A stretch of 64,000 bases of DNA from Eledone cirrhosa (Eukaryota). Positions 29,161 through 47,703 of this stretch are shown here, one piece after another (within the stretch, counting starts at the first letter, position 1; each line of letters begins with the position of its first letter). The notes under the pieces are model-generated. The model was not told the DNA's origin. It did not search any database and saw only the letters and a list, made by a program, of their open reading frames with translations. The translations under genes were made by a program, and so were the position numbers. The DNA is taken from positions 15,252,001 to 15,316,000 of the forward strand of contig OZ024755.1 in the NCBI GenBank assembly GCA_964016885.1, in the 5' to 3' direction.

Positions 29161-29782
29161 GAAACGTGTTGGCAGATAAAACAAAAGAAAACCTGATAAA
29201 TATGGCTCCAGACTATCAAATCTTATTTTTTCTGGTAAAAAGTCATTGAAAATAAAATATAAAGCGAAAACTAAAGAAAGAAAATCACAGCAAATGCGCA
29301 TACATAATATTGTAATGGAAGAAAAATGTAAATAAATGCATGGTAGCTGAGACTTAAAACAAAAGCATGAATCGAACATATGAATATGACTTGAAAGAAT
29401 GATTGTAAACAATGAAACGGGTCTCTATTGGTTGAGGCGAGGAGTGATCCATTTTTTTAATATCAGCTGAACATCATGATTCTAAAATTAACATGTAAGT
29501 TGCTCAGTATTCCAAATATATGTGTAGGCGAAGCGTAATTCTGAGGGAGATTCAAACGAAACCATGTGCTTGTGTTGGAAAAGACCTTCTTAAACATACA
29601 CTTATGATTGTGCATGGACGTAGCGTGCCTGAATGGATAAGGAATTTGCTTCGCAAACATGATATTTCAGGTTCTAGCATATGTTTTCACCAATGATTTA
29701 AGAGTGAAAGTTCTGTGCTGAATCCTCTTTGTTTGTATATCTACATATCTGTCTCTTTCTCCTGCTCTCTCCTCCTATAAAT

Positions 29783-29902
29783 AATAATTGTTTCTACTTT
29801 TGGCACAAGGCCAGCAATTACACAGTGCATTACTGGTACTTTATTTTATCGACCACGTAAGGATGAAAGGCAAAGTTAACCTCGGCGGGATTTGAACTCA
29901 GA
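29783..29902 (-). mobile_element. 5'-truncated SINE (Deu/Nin-like)
   Basis: Near-identical to 20433-20550 and 27725-27835. Confidence 0.85.
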
Positions 29903-29969
29903 ATAAATAAATAATATATATACAGACATATATTCAATGTAAACATACACTGGACACACGTAAATATAG

Positions 29970-30055
29970 ATCATTTCGAATGCAATCATCAGGAATCAGA
30001 TGATTTTATGCAAATGAAACAGTTCTAGTACTGTGGAATTATTTCTATATATAAT
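29970..30055. mobile_element. Family B head-to-head hammerhead remnants
   Basis: atcatcaggaa (antisense core) joined to gatgattttatgcaaatGAAAcagttctagtactgtggaa. Confidence 0.5.
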
Positions 30056-30253
30056 AAAGATACATTGACTCTACAAACATATAGAGTAGCTTTTTAAACT
30101 GTCGTTATCCACAGACACCAATCGGGATCCTATATATATGGGGGGGTTGTATGCATGTGTGTGTTATTTTGTTCTGTTCTCGACAACATGAGATCGATAA
30201 AATGAAATTGTTGTGATTGATAAAATATCTAAAAAGAAATAAACCAAACGACT

Positions 30254-30299
<46 letters not shown>

Positions 30300-30764
30300 G
30301 CAAACAATAGCTTCAGCGATTGCAATATTTCTGCAAGTGAAATTATGGATATAATGTATATCTGACTACTAGAGTAATACGGTTTATGACTCCGTACACA
30401 GGGTCTGTCCATGCTCAAATCTTTATATTTATTTCCGCTTAAAATTTCGATATATCGCATGAAATCCCTAGTTATACAATTCTATTATTTTTTATATCTC
30501 CCTTCTTTCTCAACAGTCAATAAATATGAGTAATATTTCAATTCAATATCCAACACTTGTTGATATAAACGAAAGCCATATTTTTGCATTGGATTTCATT
30601 CTAATTTCTTGTGACAAATGAATTCATTACAAATTAATTGTATTCTAAAATAGATACTCATTCTATGGGTTTCTCTAATAAACACATTAAACATGAACAG
30701 AATTACAGTCACATACTTCTAGTATTGATCGACTTTCGTCAAATCGGCCCGAGGAAACATTGTT

Positions 30765-30825
30765 TAGTCCAGAATTAGCCGTCGAAACGGCTTGAGCTCA
30801 GCCGTCGGCGTCCTACTCGTTCCTA
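30765..30825 (+). mobile_element. Family A half-hammerhead fragment
   Basis: aattagccgtcGAAAcggcttgagctcagccgTCggcgtcc immediately before the TA array. Confidence 0.6.
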
Positions 30826-35146
<4,321 letters not shown>

Positions 35147-36888
35147 TCTACATCAAGAAATGGCAACCATCAACCACATAGACATAACGGAGGAGGATGT
35201 GGTGTACGCCATTGATGAAATTAGAACAGACTCGGCTGCTGGACCTGATGGATTCCCAGCAGTTCTCCTAAAAATATGTAAGCGGGCCTTAGCAACTCCA
35301 CTGAAGATGCTCTTCAGAAGCTCCTTGGCTAGCGGTGTACTACCCAGGGAGCTGAAAGAAGGCACAATATGCCCTATCCATAAAGGAGGTAGTAGAGCGG
35401 AGGCCAAGAACTATAGGCCAGTCTCCCTGACGTCGCATATCAGTAAGGTCATGGAGCGAGTCATCAGAAAGAAACTAATCACTTTCCTCGAAGAAAATGA
35501 CCGCCTGACTAGCACGCAACATGGCTTCCGCCCAGGAAGAAGCTGCCTTACACAGCTGCTACATCACTACGACTGGGTACTGAGACAGCTACTAGACAGC
35601 TCACATGTAGACGTGATATATCTTGACTTTGCGAAGGCCTTTGACAAGGTCGACCACGGAATGATATGTCACAAACTACACGGACTCGGCATAACTGGAA
35701 AAGTAGGTGAGTGGCTGCATGGCTTCCTGAGGGACAGAAGCCAGGCAGTCGCAGCAAATGGGGCCCTCTCGAGGGAAACACCGATAACAAGTGGGGTGCC
35801 TCAGGGGACAGTCCTGGGACCACTACTGTTTTTGGTGGCTCTCTCGGACATGCCCTCTGTGGTGCATGCAACAACATCCCTCACTAGCTATGCTGATGAC
35901 ACTAAGGTAGCACAGGCAATCAAAAACCCGGCTGACGCTGCCCTCTTACAGCAGGATCTGGATGCCATATACAGATGGGCGGAAGAAAACAACATGCAGT
36001 TTAATGCTGGCAAATTTCAAGCCCTACAATACAAACCTGCAAACACAAACACAAATATAGCGGAACACAGCTACACAGGACCAGGAGGGACCGATATCCC
36101 CGTGTCAAAATCGATACGAGACCTGGGCATAGACATGAGCGATGATGCATCTTTTTCTTCACACATCATGAAGGTGGCGACAGCATGTAGACGATTCGCT
36201 GGCTGGATCTTGAGGACTTTCCTTACAAGAGATCGAGACACCATGTTGACACTGTGGAGGACTTTTGTCCTAAGCCGCCTGGACTACTGCTCCCAGCTGT
36301 GGTCACCCCATAGTGTCAAACTAACCACAGAGCTTGAGGCAATCCAGCGAAGCTACACCAAGAGGATTGCCAAGATGAGGGATACAAGCTACTGGGAGAG
36401 GCTGAAGGAACTGAACCTCTACTCCTTGGAGCGAAGACGGGAGAGATACGCAGTGATCTACATGTGGAAAATCCTGGAGGGACTAGCACCAAACTTTGGC
36501 ATTGGGAGCTGGACCAACCGACGAACAGGACGTCACTGTGTGGTGCCAAAGGTCCCGTCTTCCACATCTAGAATAAGGAGCAGGTATTGCAATAGCCTGG
36601 GATTCAAGGGCCCTCAACTCTTCAACAGGCTGCCGAGGCATCTGCGAGACTTGCATGACGTGGAGGTGGATGTCTTTAAGAAACATCTCGACACCTTGTT
36701 ATCCAGGATCCCGGATGAGCCCACAGCAAGACACGAGGGAAACCTAAGGGCAGCAGCAACAAACTCCCTCCTACACCAGTGGCCAACCTATACAGGCTGG
36801 AGATAAAATGTGTAGCAACAAGGGCGGTGCCCCAGCATGGCCTCAGCCGGATGGCTGAAACAGGTAAAAGAGTAAAAGAGTAAAAGAG

Positions 36889-36889
<1 letters not shown>
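35147..36889 (+). mobile_element. 5'-truncated non-LTR retrotransposon (CR1/L2 group) inserted in a TA array
   Basis: RT ORF, short 3' UTR with cagccggatggctg hairpin, (GTAAAAGA)3 tail; the same acat-type array lies on both sides. Confidence 0.95.
35160..36806 (+). CDS. LINE reverse transcriptase (ORF2 lacking the APE domain), 548 aa
   Basis: [78 protein letters not shown] motifs; no stops. Confidence 0.95.
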   Translation: MATINHIDITEEDVVYAIDEIRTDSAAGPDGFPAVLLKICKRALATPLKMLFRSSLASGVLPRELKEGTICPIHKGGSRAEAKNYRPVSLTSHISKVMERVIRKKLITFLEENDRLTSTQHGFRPGRSCLTQLLHHYDWVLRQLLDSSHVDVIYLDFAKAFDKVDHGMICHKLHGLGITGKVGEWLHGFLRDRSQAVAANGALSRETPITSGVPQGTVLGPLLFLVALSDMPSVVHATTSLTSYADDTKVAQAIKNPADAALLQQDLDAIYRWAEENNMQFNAGKFQALQYKPANTNTNIAEHSYTGPGGTDIPVSKSIRDLGIDMSDDASFSSHIMKVATACRRFAGWILRTFLTRDRDTMLTLWRTFVLSRLDYCSQLWSPHSVKLTTELEAIQRSYTKRIAKMRDTSYWERLKELNLYSLERRRERYAVIYMWKILEGLAPNFGIGSWTNRRTGRHCVVPKVPSSTSRIRSRYCNSLGFKGPQLFNRLPRHLRDLHDVEVDVFKKHLDTLLSRIPDEPTARHEGNLRAAATNSLLHQWPTYTGWR

Positions 36890-36924
<35 letters not shown>

Positions 36925-36966
36925 CATATATACATATATACATATATATATACACATATATACATA

Positions 36967-37042
<76 letters not shown>

Positions 37043-37211
37043 AATATATATAGATATACATATATACATATATATATATATATAAATATATATATATATA
37101 CATATAAATATATATATATATATAAATATATATATATTCATATATATATATATATATACATATATATATGTCTAGAAAGATTTGAATGGATACAGTTTAG
37201 TTGAAAGGAAT

Positions 37212-37331
37212 TCATTGACACGTGTTTCTATAACAGTTACATAACCTAAAACAGCTGCTATCTACAAACTTTTAGTTATGCAGACATTCAATATTTCAAT
37301 GTTATTATTTACTGCCATTTCATCAGAATAA
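37212..37331 (-). ncRNA. Type I hammerhead ribozyme, long stem II
   Basis: ttatt-CTGATGA-aatggcagt...actgttata-GAAA-cacgtg-TC-aatga. Confidence 0.72.
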
Positions 37332-38192
37332 TATTACAGAAGACCTATTTAGTGTTTATAGAGAATATTAGGAGGGAGGGGTGAAGTTGTTAGAAGAATA
37401 GTTGAAGGAGTGGTTTTTCGATAGCAGTGAGAATTCTTGGTGGCAGTGAGTAATTAGATTCCCATCTGTTGTTTTGACATTGTTTATAGAATATATTATT
37501 GGTTATTTTTCTAAATCTATAGAAGGATTAGAGATAGTAAAGATATGCGTGGTTGGTTTTGTGTTTGCACTTAATTAACATTCAGACTTAAATTTTTCTT
37601 TCAAGTGTACGTATCCTTTCACCCACGCTTTCACACACAAATATATTTGCACACCTCTACAAAATACATATACTCACAATTCACATATTCATACTTACAT
37701 ATATATACACATGCATACACATATATATACACACATGTATTCATGTACATACATACGCGCTCATGTGTATACATTTTCATACTCAACTTATCTTTATATA
37801 CACACGTATAGACACACACATATATACATACATACTCCAGTCCATGTGTACACACATACACATACATACACATCTATATACACATATATACATACATATA
37901 TAATATATATATATATATATATAAGCACTTTAATACATGAATACACTTACATCTAACTATACACATCAAACATATATATATATTTACTTATTTATATACA
38001 TTTTCACATATATATACATACTTATGGACGTTTTTAGACACATTCATTATCGCATATTTGCACCTATTCTCATCAGCATATCTTTCCATTATTAGTGTGG
38101 TAATTTAAGGTTATTAATATATGTTGAGAAGAGATTGTTTTTATATTTTTCTAACTAGATTAAGGTTTATATAGTTGGGGGATGTCCCTCTT

Positions 38193-38586
38193 TTATGTAA
38201 TATTCGGCTTGTAGTGGGAAAAAAGGGTTTTAGTTCTGTGACGGCAGAATAATGTTCGTTCAATTCTGTTATTCAGCAGTTTCTTCTTGTGTGTGATTAT
38301 GTAATAAATCTCAAGATTACACAATTTGCAAAAATTTTGGCTCCTGGAAAAGCTTTGGGTTTTAGCTAATTTCTCCCATTTTAGGGTAAACTTTTGATCG
38401 CTATCCCTGAGCGTCCAAGCTTTTTCTGCTGAAGTTGTTACATTTCTTTGGCTCTGGTGTTTTATTGAGTAAGAATGCCCATACAATCAAGATTTAAACG
38501 ATGTTGCCGTTGATCCCACGTAATACCACTCGTTGCCTCCGGATTTAATGGTACACTTATAAATAATATTTTTTTCCAGGCAGTTA
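38193..38586 (-). pseudogene. PLE GIY-YIG endonuclease domain with one in-frame stop
   Basis: NCLEKNIIYKCTI..WYYVGSTATSFKS*LYGH...W..L...CKLCNLEIYYI...LLNNRIE...CRHRTK; ORFs 38487-38783 and 38193-38486 are contiguous in one frame. Confidence 0.85.
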
Positions 38587-38607
38587 TATATATATATATA
38601 TACATAC

Positions 38608-39370
38608 ACTCCGGGGAAACTCTCGTGGCATCTAACAACATCAGAGACTTGGGAGTAACCATGGACAGCAACATAAGCTGGGCCACGCATATAAGCAGCA
38701 AAGTTGACATGGATCCTCAGAACCTTCCAGTCGAGAGATTCCCACACCATTATCCTTCTCTTCTCTACTTTGCCCGACCACACCTTGAATACTGTTGTCC
38801 ACTGTGGTCTCCCACACGAAACAAAGTATCATGAAACTTGAAGCTCCCCAAAGGGCAATCACGAAAAAGATAGATGGCATGCCAGACCTTGACTACTGGG
38901 GTCGACTAGAAAAGCTGAAACTTACTCACTCCAACGTCGCCGTGAGCGTTATATTATCTGCATGATGTGGAAAATGTTTCATCATTACTGCCCAAATGAT
39001 GTTGGCATCACCTTCAAATTATACCCAAGGCTTGGGCCGTGCTATCCGTCCCAAACAAAAATCTAAATCGCAACTCATAACAACAATACGGCACAATTAT
39101 TTCACCTCAATTGGCCCTGCTCTCTTCAACATCACACCAGGACACGTCAGAACAGAAACCGACCACACAAAATTCAAGAAGTCTTTGACAAATTCCTCCA
39201 AGTAATCCCGGACAAACCACCTACACACGATATGTCACCGCAAACAGTACTTCTCTTCTCCAATGGCCATGGTGCCCAAATTCTGAATTGAAAGACTTCG
39301 CCAGGTGGGCTATTAATTAGACATGGCCTGGGCCAATACTGGCCAAAACATTTCAAAGTTATTCGAAGTT
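38608..39370 (+). mobile_element. Decayed LINE 3' fragment, same family as 21228-22030
   Basis: [42 protein letters not shown]; internal deletion and frameshifts; same 3' end (ggccaatactgg). Confidence 0.9.
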
Positions 39371-41190
<1,820 letters not shown>

Positions 41191-41860
41191 TTAGAAAGTG
41201 AGGTTTTTTTTTACAAAATGAAAAATAACCGAGGTGTCCTACACGAGTGAAAGTATAAAGAAAAAGAGATGAAATCGAAAATGCAACTGGAGTCTTATTT
41301 TTTTTTTAAATATATATATTTATTTGGTTCCTTTACGGTTTCGCAGTTCTTCTGCTTTTCAAAAGGTGAGTTGAGATGGAGGGTCTGTGGTTTTTCTCAC
41401 ATCTGGTTGGTCTCTGAATGTTACTTGTTTTATATGGAAAAAGTGGCACGAAAATGCCAGGTTTTTCGAGAAGTAATTTGATTGGTTTGTCAATAATTAT
41501 AATAAATTTCGCGCCAGTTCGTGTTACAATAGTTCTTCAAATAAGAGGGGGGGGGGCTTGTCACAGGTTGTTTTTTCATATATGAGTGTTTGGATTTCTT
41601 TTTACTTGAAAAAAGAGGCTCACGAAGGCTTTTTTTTTGTTGGTTATAAATGAAATTATGGCTGTCACGTGAACAAATTTTCATTAAATTTTTGTGCCCT
41701 TATTTGGAAATCCATTCTGTAGCCTCTTTAGAGAATTTTTGGATAAGTGAAAGATAATGGTCAAGAGAAAGGGATGGGAGAATTGTTCTGGTTCAGTGAA
41801 TATGATTAGTTCGCTGGGGTGTCAGAATTCAGATTTGCTATTGAATAAAGAAAGTAAAGG
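41191..41860 (-). mobile_element. PLE-type remnant (family C) with terminal hammerhead at 41330-41366
   Basis: 41191-41367 is near-identical to 44708-44975; minus-strand HHR cctt-TTGAAAA-gcagaagaactgc-GAAA-ccg-TA-aagg; right boundary uncertain. Confidence 0.55.
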
Positions 41861-41968
41861 TGTGTGTGCGTGTGAGTGTGCGTGTGTGTGTGTGCGTGTG
41901 TGTGTGTGTCAAGGTTCTGATACCATCAACACTATAAACACAGAGCTGGCATATCTAAGAAGTGACTA

Positions 41969-42024
41969 ACTGCCTGATGAGGTCATACCCATTCAATGGC
42001 TATCATCGAAATATATATAGCAGT
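41969..42024 (+). ncRNA. Type I hammerhead ribozyme followed by AATAAA
   Basis: ACTGC-CTGATGA(41974-80)-ggt...atc-GAAA(42008-11)-tatata-TA-GCAGT; perfect 5-bp stem I. Confidence 0.78.
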
Positions 42025-42198
42025 AAATAAAGGTTTATGAGTTCATGCAATTGACTTATGTTTCGTCACTATATATATATATAACAGATTAAAGTTTAAG
42101 GCCTCTTTGGATTTTAGTCTTCACATTTATTATTATTACTTATTATATATATATATATATATAAATGAAAAATGGCGTGCTGTATTGTTGCAAATGTG

Positions 42199-42495
42199 AT
42201 ATATAAATAAAATGGAGAATTAGAAATAGAAGCCAGGACTATCCATCATCAGTGGTCTACTACCCATCATAGGTATTTCTTCGCATTAAAGACCATATAC
42301 CTTAGGCTAGCGCTATACAATAACTAAAATAAGTTATTGGGATAAAAAGAATTGGGTGGAGAAAGAGAGACAGGTAATCGCGCTAGCCAGAGGTATCTGG
42401 TCTTTAATGCGAAGAAATACCTATGATGGCTAGTAGACCACTGATGATGCATAGTCCTGGCTTCTATTTCTAATTCTTCATTTTATTTATATATA
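42199..42495. repeat. Inverted repeat, ~115-bp arms with ~66-bp spacer
   Basis: 42199-42313 is the reverse complement of 42380-42495 with a few mismatches; TA at the outer ends. Confidence 0.9.
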
Positions 42496-44292
42496 TATAC
42501 ATACATAAATGCACACAGACAAGTGCACACACACATTAAATGTAAATATACTCTTTGAGTGCATTTTCATCTTTATGTTTTGTCTTTATATACGTCATCT
42601 TTATATATTTTATGACTTATCTAACATCAACTATTTCTCCCTCCTATTTTACTCATCTAGCTCATGTTGATTTGGATGTATTTTATTTTACCTTAATCTA
42701 CATCTATTTATTCAGGATTGAGTTTAGCTGATGTTGTATTTCGGTAGCCAAGAGCTTGAAATACTACTAGAAAACAGACAAGAAAACACGATACAAAACA
42801 TCATACAATATCCAATTGTTGATATCACTGCTACCAGCTGTCACCATTCACATGGTATATCTGCATGTCCACAAAAGAAACATTACTCCAGGCAAACAAA
42901 TTAACACCTACACAATTCACCGTCTTCCCCATCATATCAGTATCAACTTGTTGTATATTATATATTACAAAGCCTCACATTCAATACACTAATGCACCAT
43001 TTCAGAATATCCCATGAACATAATATAGCCAAACACTCAAGCATATATATATAGCATAATAAAAGAAACATTATTGGTCTTACTTACTTTCGGCTATATA
43101 GGTAATCAACATCAGCAAGAAATAAGTACAGGTTATTAAAATCATGTATTTGACAACGAGGAAGCATGTCTGAAATCGCTTAGCCTGCTAGAATATGCAG
43201 CCACAACTTGCTAATTTCACACACTACCGTCTTGAAAAAGAAAGAAATCACGATGGACAACAAAGAGGTAAACATACAAAGTGACAGCGTGGTATTAGAT
43301 GTATTTAATCATAGGTCTGCTTGATTTGAGCAGACCTGATGTTAAACTACATTCACAAAAGCATCAATAACAATGAATAATAATTGTAAGAACCTACAAT
43401 TTAGCACGGTCTTTTGGCATGATAGTATCAGCGAAATCTCCCTTAAATCACAATCTGCCTTTGTAAATAAAAGATACATTGTATAACGTAGTCCCGCACA
43501 TACAGAAACACTTAGATAGTCAAGAATGGAATGTCTTTCATTCCATGTCAGCTTAAAGAACAAGAACAACAACTAGTAATTCTAATGCCAAAGGAATGAA
43601 ATGTTTAATGATTGATATAAATAGAATGACTACATGTGTGAATTATCTTTCATAAGATTCGTACTTTATGGAATTCATTACCCAGCTGTCCGATTTGTTT
43701 TACACAAGAATTTAACCTAATATATTCCTCTATGTCCTTTTATCCGGAAACAATTGCTCACCGACACTTTTATATTTTCGATTTCATTGAAAACTTCTGA
43801 AGATATTGTACAAATTCTTCGTCTTTGAAGAGGGAAATATATGTGTGATTGTTGAAATGTTTTGCCAAAAACCATGTAGTATCTGATTATGTAACGATGT
43901 TAGAGATATAAAACTCCTGCAAGGTCTTTAATGGTATTTTATAAAAGAATTCGACTCATGCCCAGTAAGATAATTTCCTTTCTGCATATTTCTCTGTCGG
44001 CATTGTGTAATGAGAATTTCCGGGAACAACAGCGGTAAATATAGAATGAAAAGAATTCCTATAATATCTTATACTGCTGCCAAGTGCTTCATACATATAT
44101 ACAAAAATATGTGTGTTTTTGTGTGAGGATGTCTGTATGTGAAGGGGGCAGAAAGGACTGAGACACAAACACAGAGAGAATAAAGAGCAGTAAATGTTTA
44201 AAGGTCTAAAGCTAAATTTAATATAAACATTAAGAACTATGCGACAAAGAGACAACTAAAGTAGTGAAGAGATAGGCGGCGCTAGACAGACA

Positions 44293-44335
<43 letters not shown>

Positions 44336-44433
44336 CGTTACTCTGGGTTGAATCGGAGGTAACCACAGTATATATATATACAGACAGATTGATAGATAGA
44401 TAGGATAATATATATATATATATATATATATAC

Positions 44434-44587
44434 AATATATTAATAAATGGAAACTATATTTATAAAACAAATAATTATTTTATTATATATATTTCAAGGG
44501 CGACCAAGACTGCCTTGGTTGCCCTTGAAATATATATAATAAAATAATTATGGTTTTATAAATATAGTTTCCATTTATTAATATATT
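44434..44587. repeat. Near-perfect 154-bp hairpin centred on a hammerhead-like stem II
   Basis: aagggcgaccaag-actgc-cttggttgccctt then GAAA-tatata-TA-ataaa; the right arm continues about 90 bp to TA. Confidence 0.9.
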
Positions 44588-44675
44588 AAATATTTACACC
44601 ATAAACTGTTGAGTGCTCTATATCAGTTATAAACTTTTAAGTTTGTTGGAATCACAACAAATTAATTATAACCTC

Positions 44676-44707
<32 letters not shown>

Positions 44708-44712
<5 letters not shown>

Positions 44713-44967
44713 AAAAAGAGATGAAATCGAAAATGCAACTGGAGTCTTATTTTTTTTTTAAATATATATATTTATTTGGTTCCTTTACCGGTTTCGCAGT
44801 TCTTCTGCTTTTCAAAAGGTAAAAACCGGTAAAGGAACCAAATAAATATATATATTTTTTTTTTAAATAAGACTCCAGTTGCATTTTCGATTTCATCTCT
44901 TTTTCTTTATACTTTCACTCGTGTAGGACACTTCGGTTATTTTTCATTTTATAAAAAAAACCTCACC

Positions 44968-44975
<8 letters not shown>
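44708..44975. mobile_element. Family C fold-back copy
   Basis: Arms ~44708-44794 and 44823-44910; the right arm extends to 44975; TA on both sides. Confidence 0.85.
44782..44819 (-). ncRNA. Minimal hammerhead with U3-A8 variant core
   Basis: CCTT-TTGAAAA-GCAGaagaaCTGC-GAAA-ccgg-TA-AAGG. Confidence 0.7.
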
Positions 44976-45020
<45 letters not shown>

Positions 45021-45025
<5 letters not shown>

Positions 45026-45099
45026 GTTACAACAGTGACATATACAGGTGCTTAAGTTCCGTTGGCTTATACGTGCATATGTCACTGTTGTAACTAATT
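45021..45099. repeat. Hairpin with 23-bp arms next to (TA)n
   Basis: aattagttacaacagtgacatat / atatgtcactgttgtaactaatt. Confidence 0.9.
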
Positions 45100-47137
45100 G
45101 TACTTACCGAGTGCTCTACCCTTGGATATCTCTACCAAACTTGTGCTACAGTTAAATAAAGTACCAGAGAAGTACTAGAGAAAATAAAATCGACTTCCTC
45201 CTCTAAAATATATTGACTCGTGCTTAAATTAGAAATAATATAGATTAAAAATCTGAACAACAACAGCTTCTAGTAACACTTCCATGTTTTCATACATTAG
45301 TAAACAAAGAATCTTAGTCAAGGGATCGATGTAAGGAAATCTCCTAGCCCTGAATTCTGACTATGGCTTAACGTACATAGTTTAATCAAGTGTCAATAAT
45401 ATAGTCTCGCTACTTTCCTAACACATTTCTGTTTTTCCTTATACTGTATTAACACTTAGCCTGTTAACGTCACCTATACACATTCGTTCACCCGAAACTG
45501 CCATTTACAGACATATATAAACAGTAGGTGCAACACCCTTCCTAATGGATACAATCTCTTATTTAATTTAGCCGGCTTAGGGCAAGTTTGTGTAAGTAAC
45601 TTAGCACAATGGGTGATAGGTTGAAATGGGTGGTGGAGGAATGAGAGTGTGCTAAATACGTGTGAGGTTATTGTCTAGAATTTCACGTCGTGACTCACTG
45701 CGATCAATGGTCGGTTTCTATTGCAAGGCACTGGATATAATTGAATGCTTGATTTCCTTGTTTTATAGACAGGTTCAACTGGCGTCAGCAGATTTTGCAA
45801 CAATTTTCTTTTCAGAGCCTCAGCTTGCAAAGTTCAAAATATTTCTTGACATAAGTGTCAACTAGTTTCCAAATCAAATCCCACGCCGCCCTTCGCTCCT
45901 TAATTCTTTATATTTTTCATTCAAACACTTTTATCACTTCAACATTTATTTATCTTTTTTTTTTTACTCATCACTTTCCTATTTTCCTAGCTACATCTTT
46001 GTATTTGTTTTCTTTTTTTTTCATTTTCTTTCTATTTTATTATAGCTTGCAACATAAACTCTCCTCTCACATTTCATTCTATCATACAAATATTTCCTTT
46101 CCACCACTCTCTCTCTCTCCCTCTCTCATAATCTTATATACCTTTTCCTTATTTTTTCTTCTAATACCCATCCTCAGTAGAACGAAGTCTATACTACTTC
46201 GTGCTATCATTATTTCCTTTCTCGGCAGCATCTTCCCTTATTGTCTTTTTATAGCATATATTCTGAAAGTGTTGCTTCTTGTCGTCGTCACCCACTATGC
46301 CTCTACATTGTCTTCTCTTTCGCCGAGAATGTATTGAATGGCAGTAGCAATATAATGACAGAATAGAAGACCTTTGTCGGAAGCGTCTTGAGAGACAATA
46401 AGTTGAAATAAAACAGAATTTGAAATTCTCTTAAATTTCTGCAACATAATAGTGAATATAATATTTATTGCTCGAAGAAAACAATTTCATTAATAATACG
46501 TATATGCGTATTTCTAATAAATAAATATCACCGATGTGTACGACAACATTCGCATAAACATGACTATTCTAAGGAACGATATGTAGTTAGGATTACGATT
46601 TAGATAGCATATATTTTATAAATAGATAGTACAATGTAAATATTCATAGCCTGCAAATATCTTTCGTAAATGTTGCGATCATTAATGTAGATCTAATTTA
46701 TATTCTATTATTATATCATATGAATGGAGATGACATATATATTTTTGATTTTAGGGGGCATTTACAAACTCAGTTGGGAACGCACCAAAAGGAGTTTACT
46801 ACAGGTCGATGAAAACAGTGGTTTCCATTCAATATTTAAAATTCGCTATGTCAGTTTGCCTAGCTATAAGTAGGAGCTAAAATAACATGAATTTACTCTC
46901 GTAATGACATATAGATGGTAAGTTGGTAGAGGGTCTGATTAAATGTATCGGTATTTGTTCCAGATTTCTTCGTCGGTTTCAGTTCAACTCCTAATCTAAT
47001 ATTTGCCTTTCAATCTGTCCTCTTTTTCCCGTCTCCAAGGATATTTTATTCGATTTTCTTAACTATTAATTATAGTGATCGTTGATCGAGCATTACTATT
47101 ATGTTTATTTGCAATAAAACCCACCCACCCCACAAAT

Positions 47138-47169
<32 letters not shown>

Positions 47170-47499
47170 ATATGCGCATATGTTATATAAATTGATGCTC
47201 TATATGGTTTTTAGAAGGCACAGGGTATACTTCATACCAATTTCATTCCCCTAAATATGAAAGATGCAAGGGTATGGTTCATATTATCCTTTATGATAGA
47301 TTCAGGTTCAAAGTGAAACGTGTCAGATTTAATGATATTTAATTGAATGTTCCAATGTTATAAACGGAGGAATTCAGTTGATTTTTAGTCCCAATCAAAA
47401 CATTTCTATCGAAATCAATGGAATTATAATAATATTCAGTTAAATGCCGTTATTTAATTCAGCTGTGTATTTTATCTCATTCATACTGTCATTCAATGA

Positions 47500-47703
47500 T
47501 GGCTCCTAATTTAGGCACAATACTAGTAATTCGCGGGGAAGAAAGTCGATTAAATCGACCTCAATTATTGACGGGAACCTGAATGTATCGACCCCAGAAT
47601 GGCGAAAAGCAAAGTTGACTTAGCTGTACGTCCTAAGTTCGAATCCCATCTAAGTGTCACAAAGATTTTTCTCCGACACTGCGATGTTGCTGACAATTCA
47701 CCA
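47500..47703 (-). mobile_element. Degenerate SINE (Deu/Nin-like)
   Basis: ctaatttaggcacaa, agtcgattaaatcgacc, tatcgaccccag, aaagcaaagttgac match the family reverse complement. Confidence 0.6.

Larger units (their letters stand above)
37172..38586 (-). mobile_element. 5'-truncated Penelope-like element (GIY-YIG + ~1-kb 3' UTR/pLTR)
   Basis: EN coding remnant plus UTR with a hammerhead; near-identical to both arms of 50035-52473. Confidence 0.88.

Noticed and set aside
38487-38489. In-frame TGA in the PLE endonuclease as possible selenocysteine, as reported for some Naiad PLEs
   Set aside because: It falls at the conserved Arg position after the YIG motif (FKxR), not at a Cys; a CGA or AGA to TGA mutation is simpler.
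42199-45099. Inverted repeats as MITE/DNA-transposon TIRs or miRNA precursors
   Set aside because: Most have asymmetric arms, match dispersed single-orientation copies or carry hammerhead parts, which fits retroelement fold-back better. A TA-targeting MITE cannot be fully excluded for 42199-42495.
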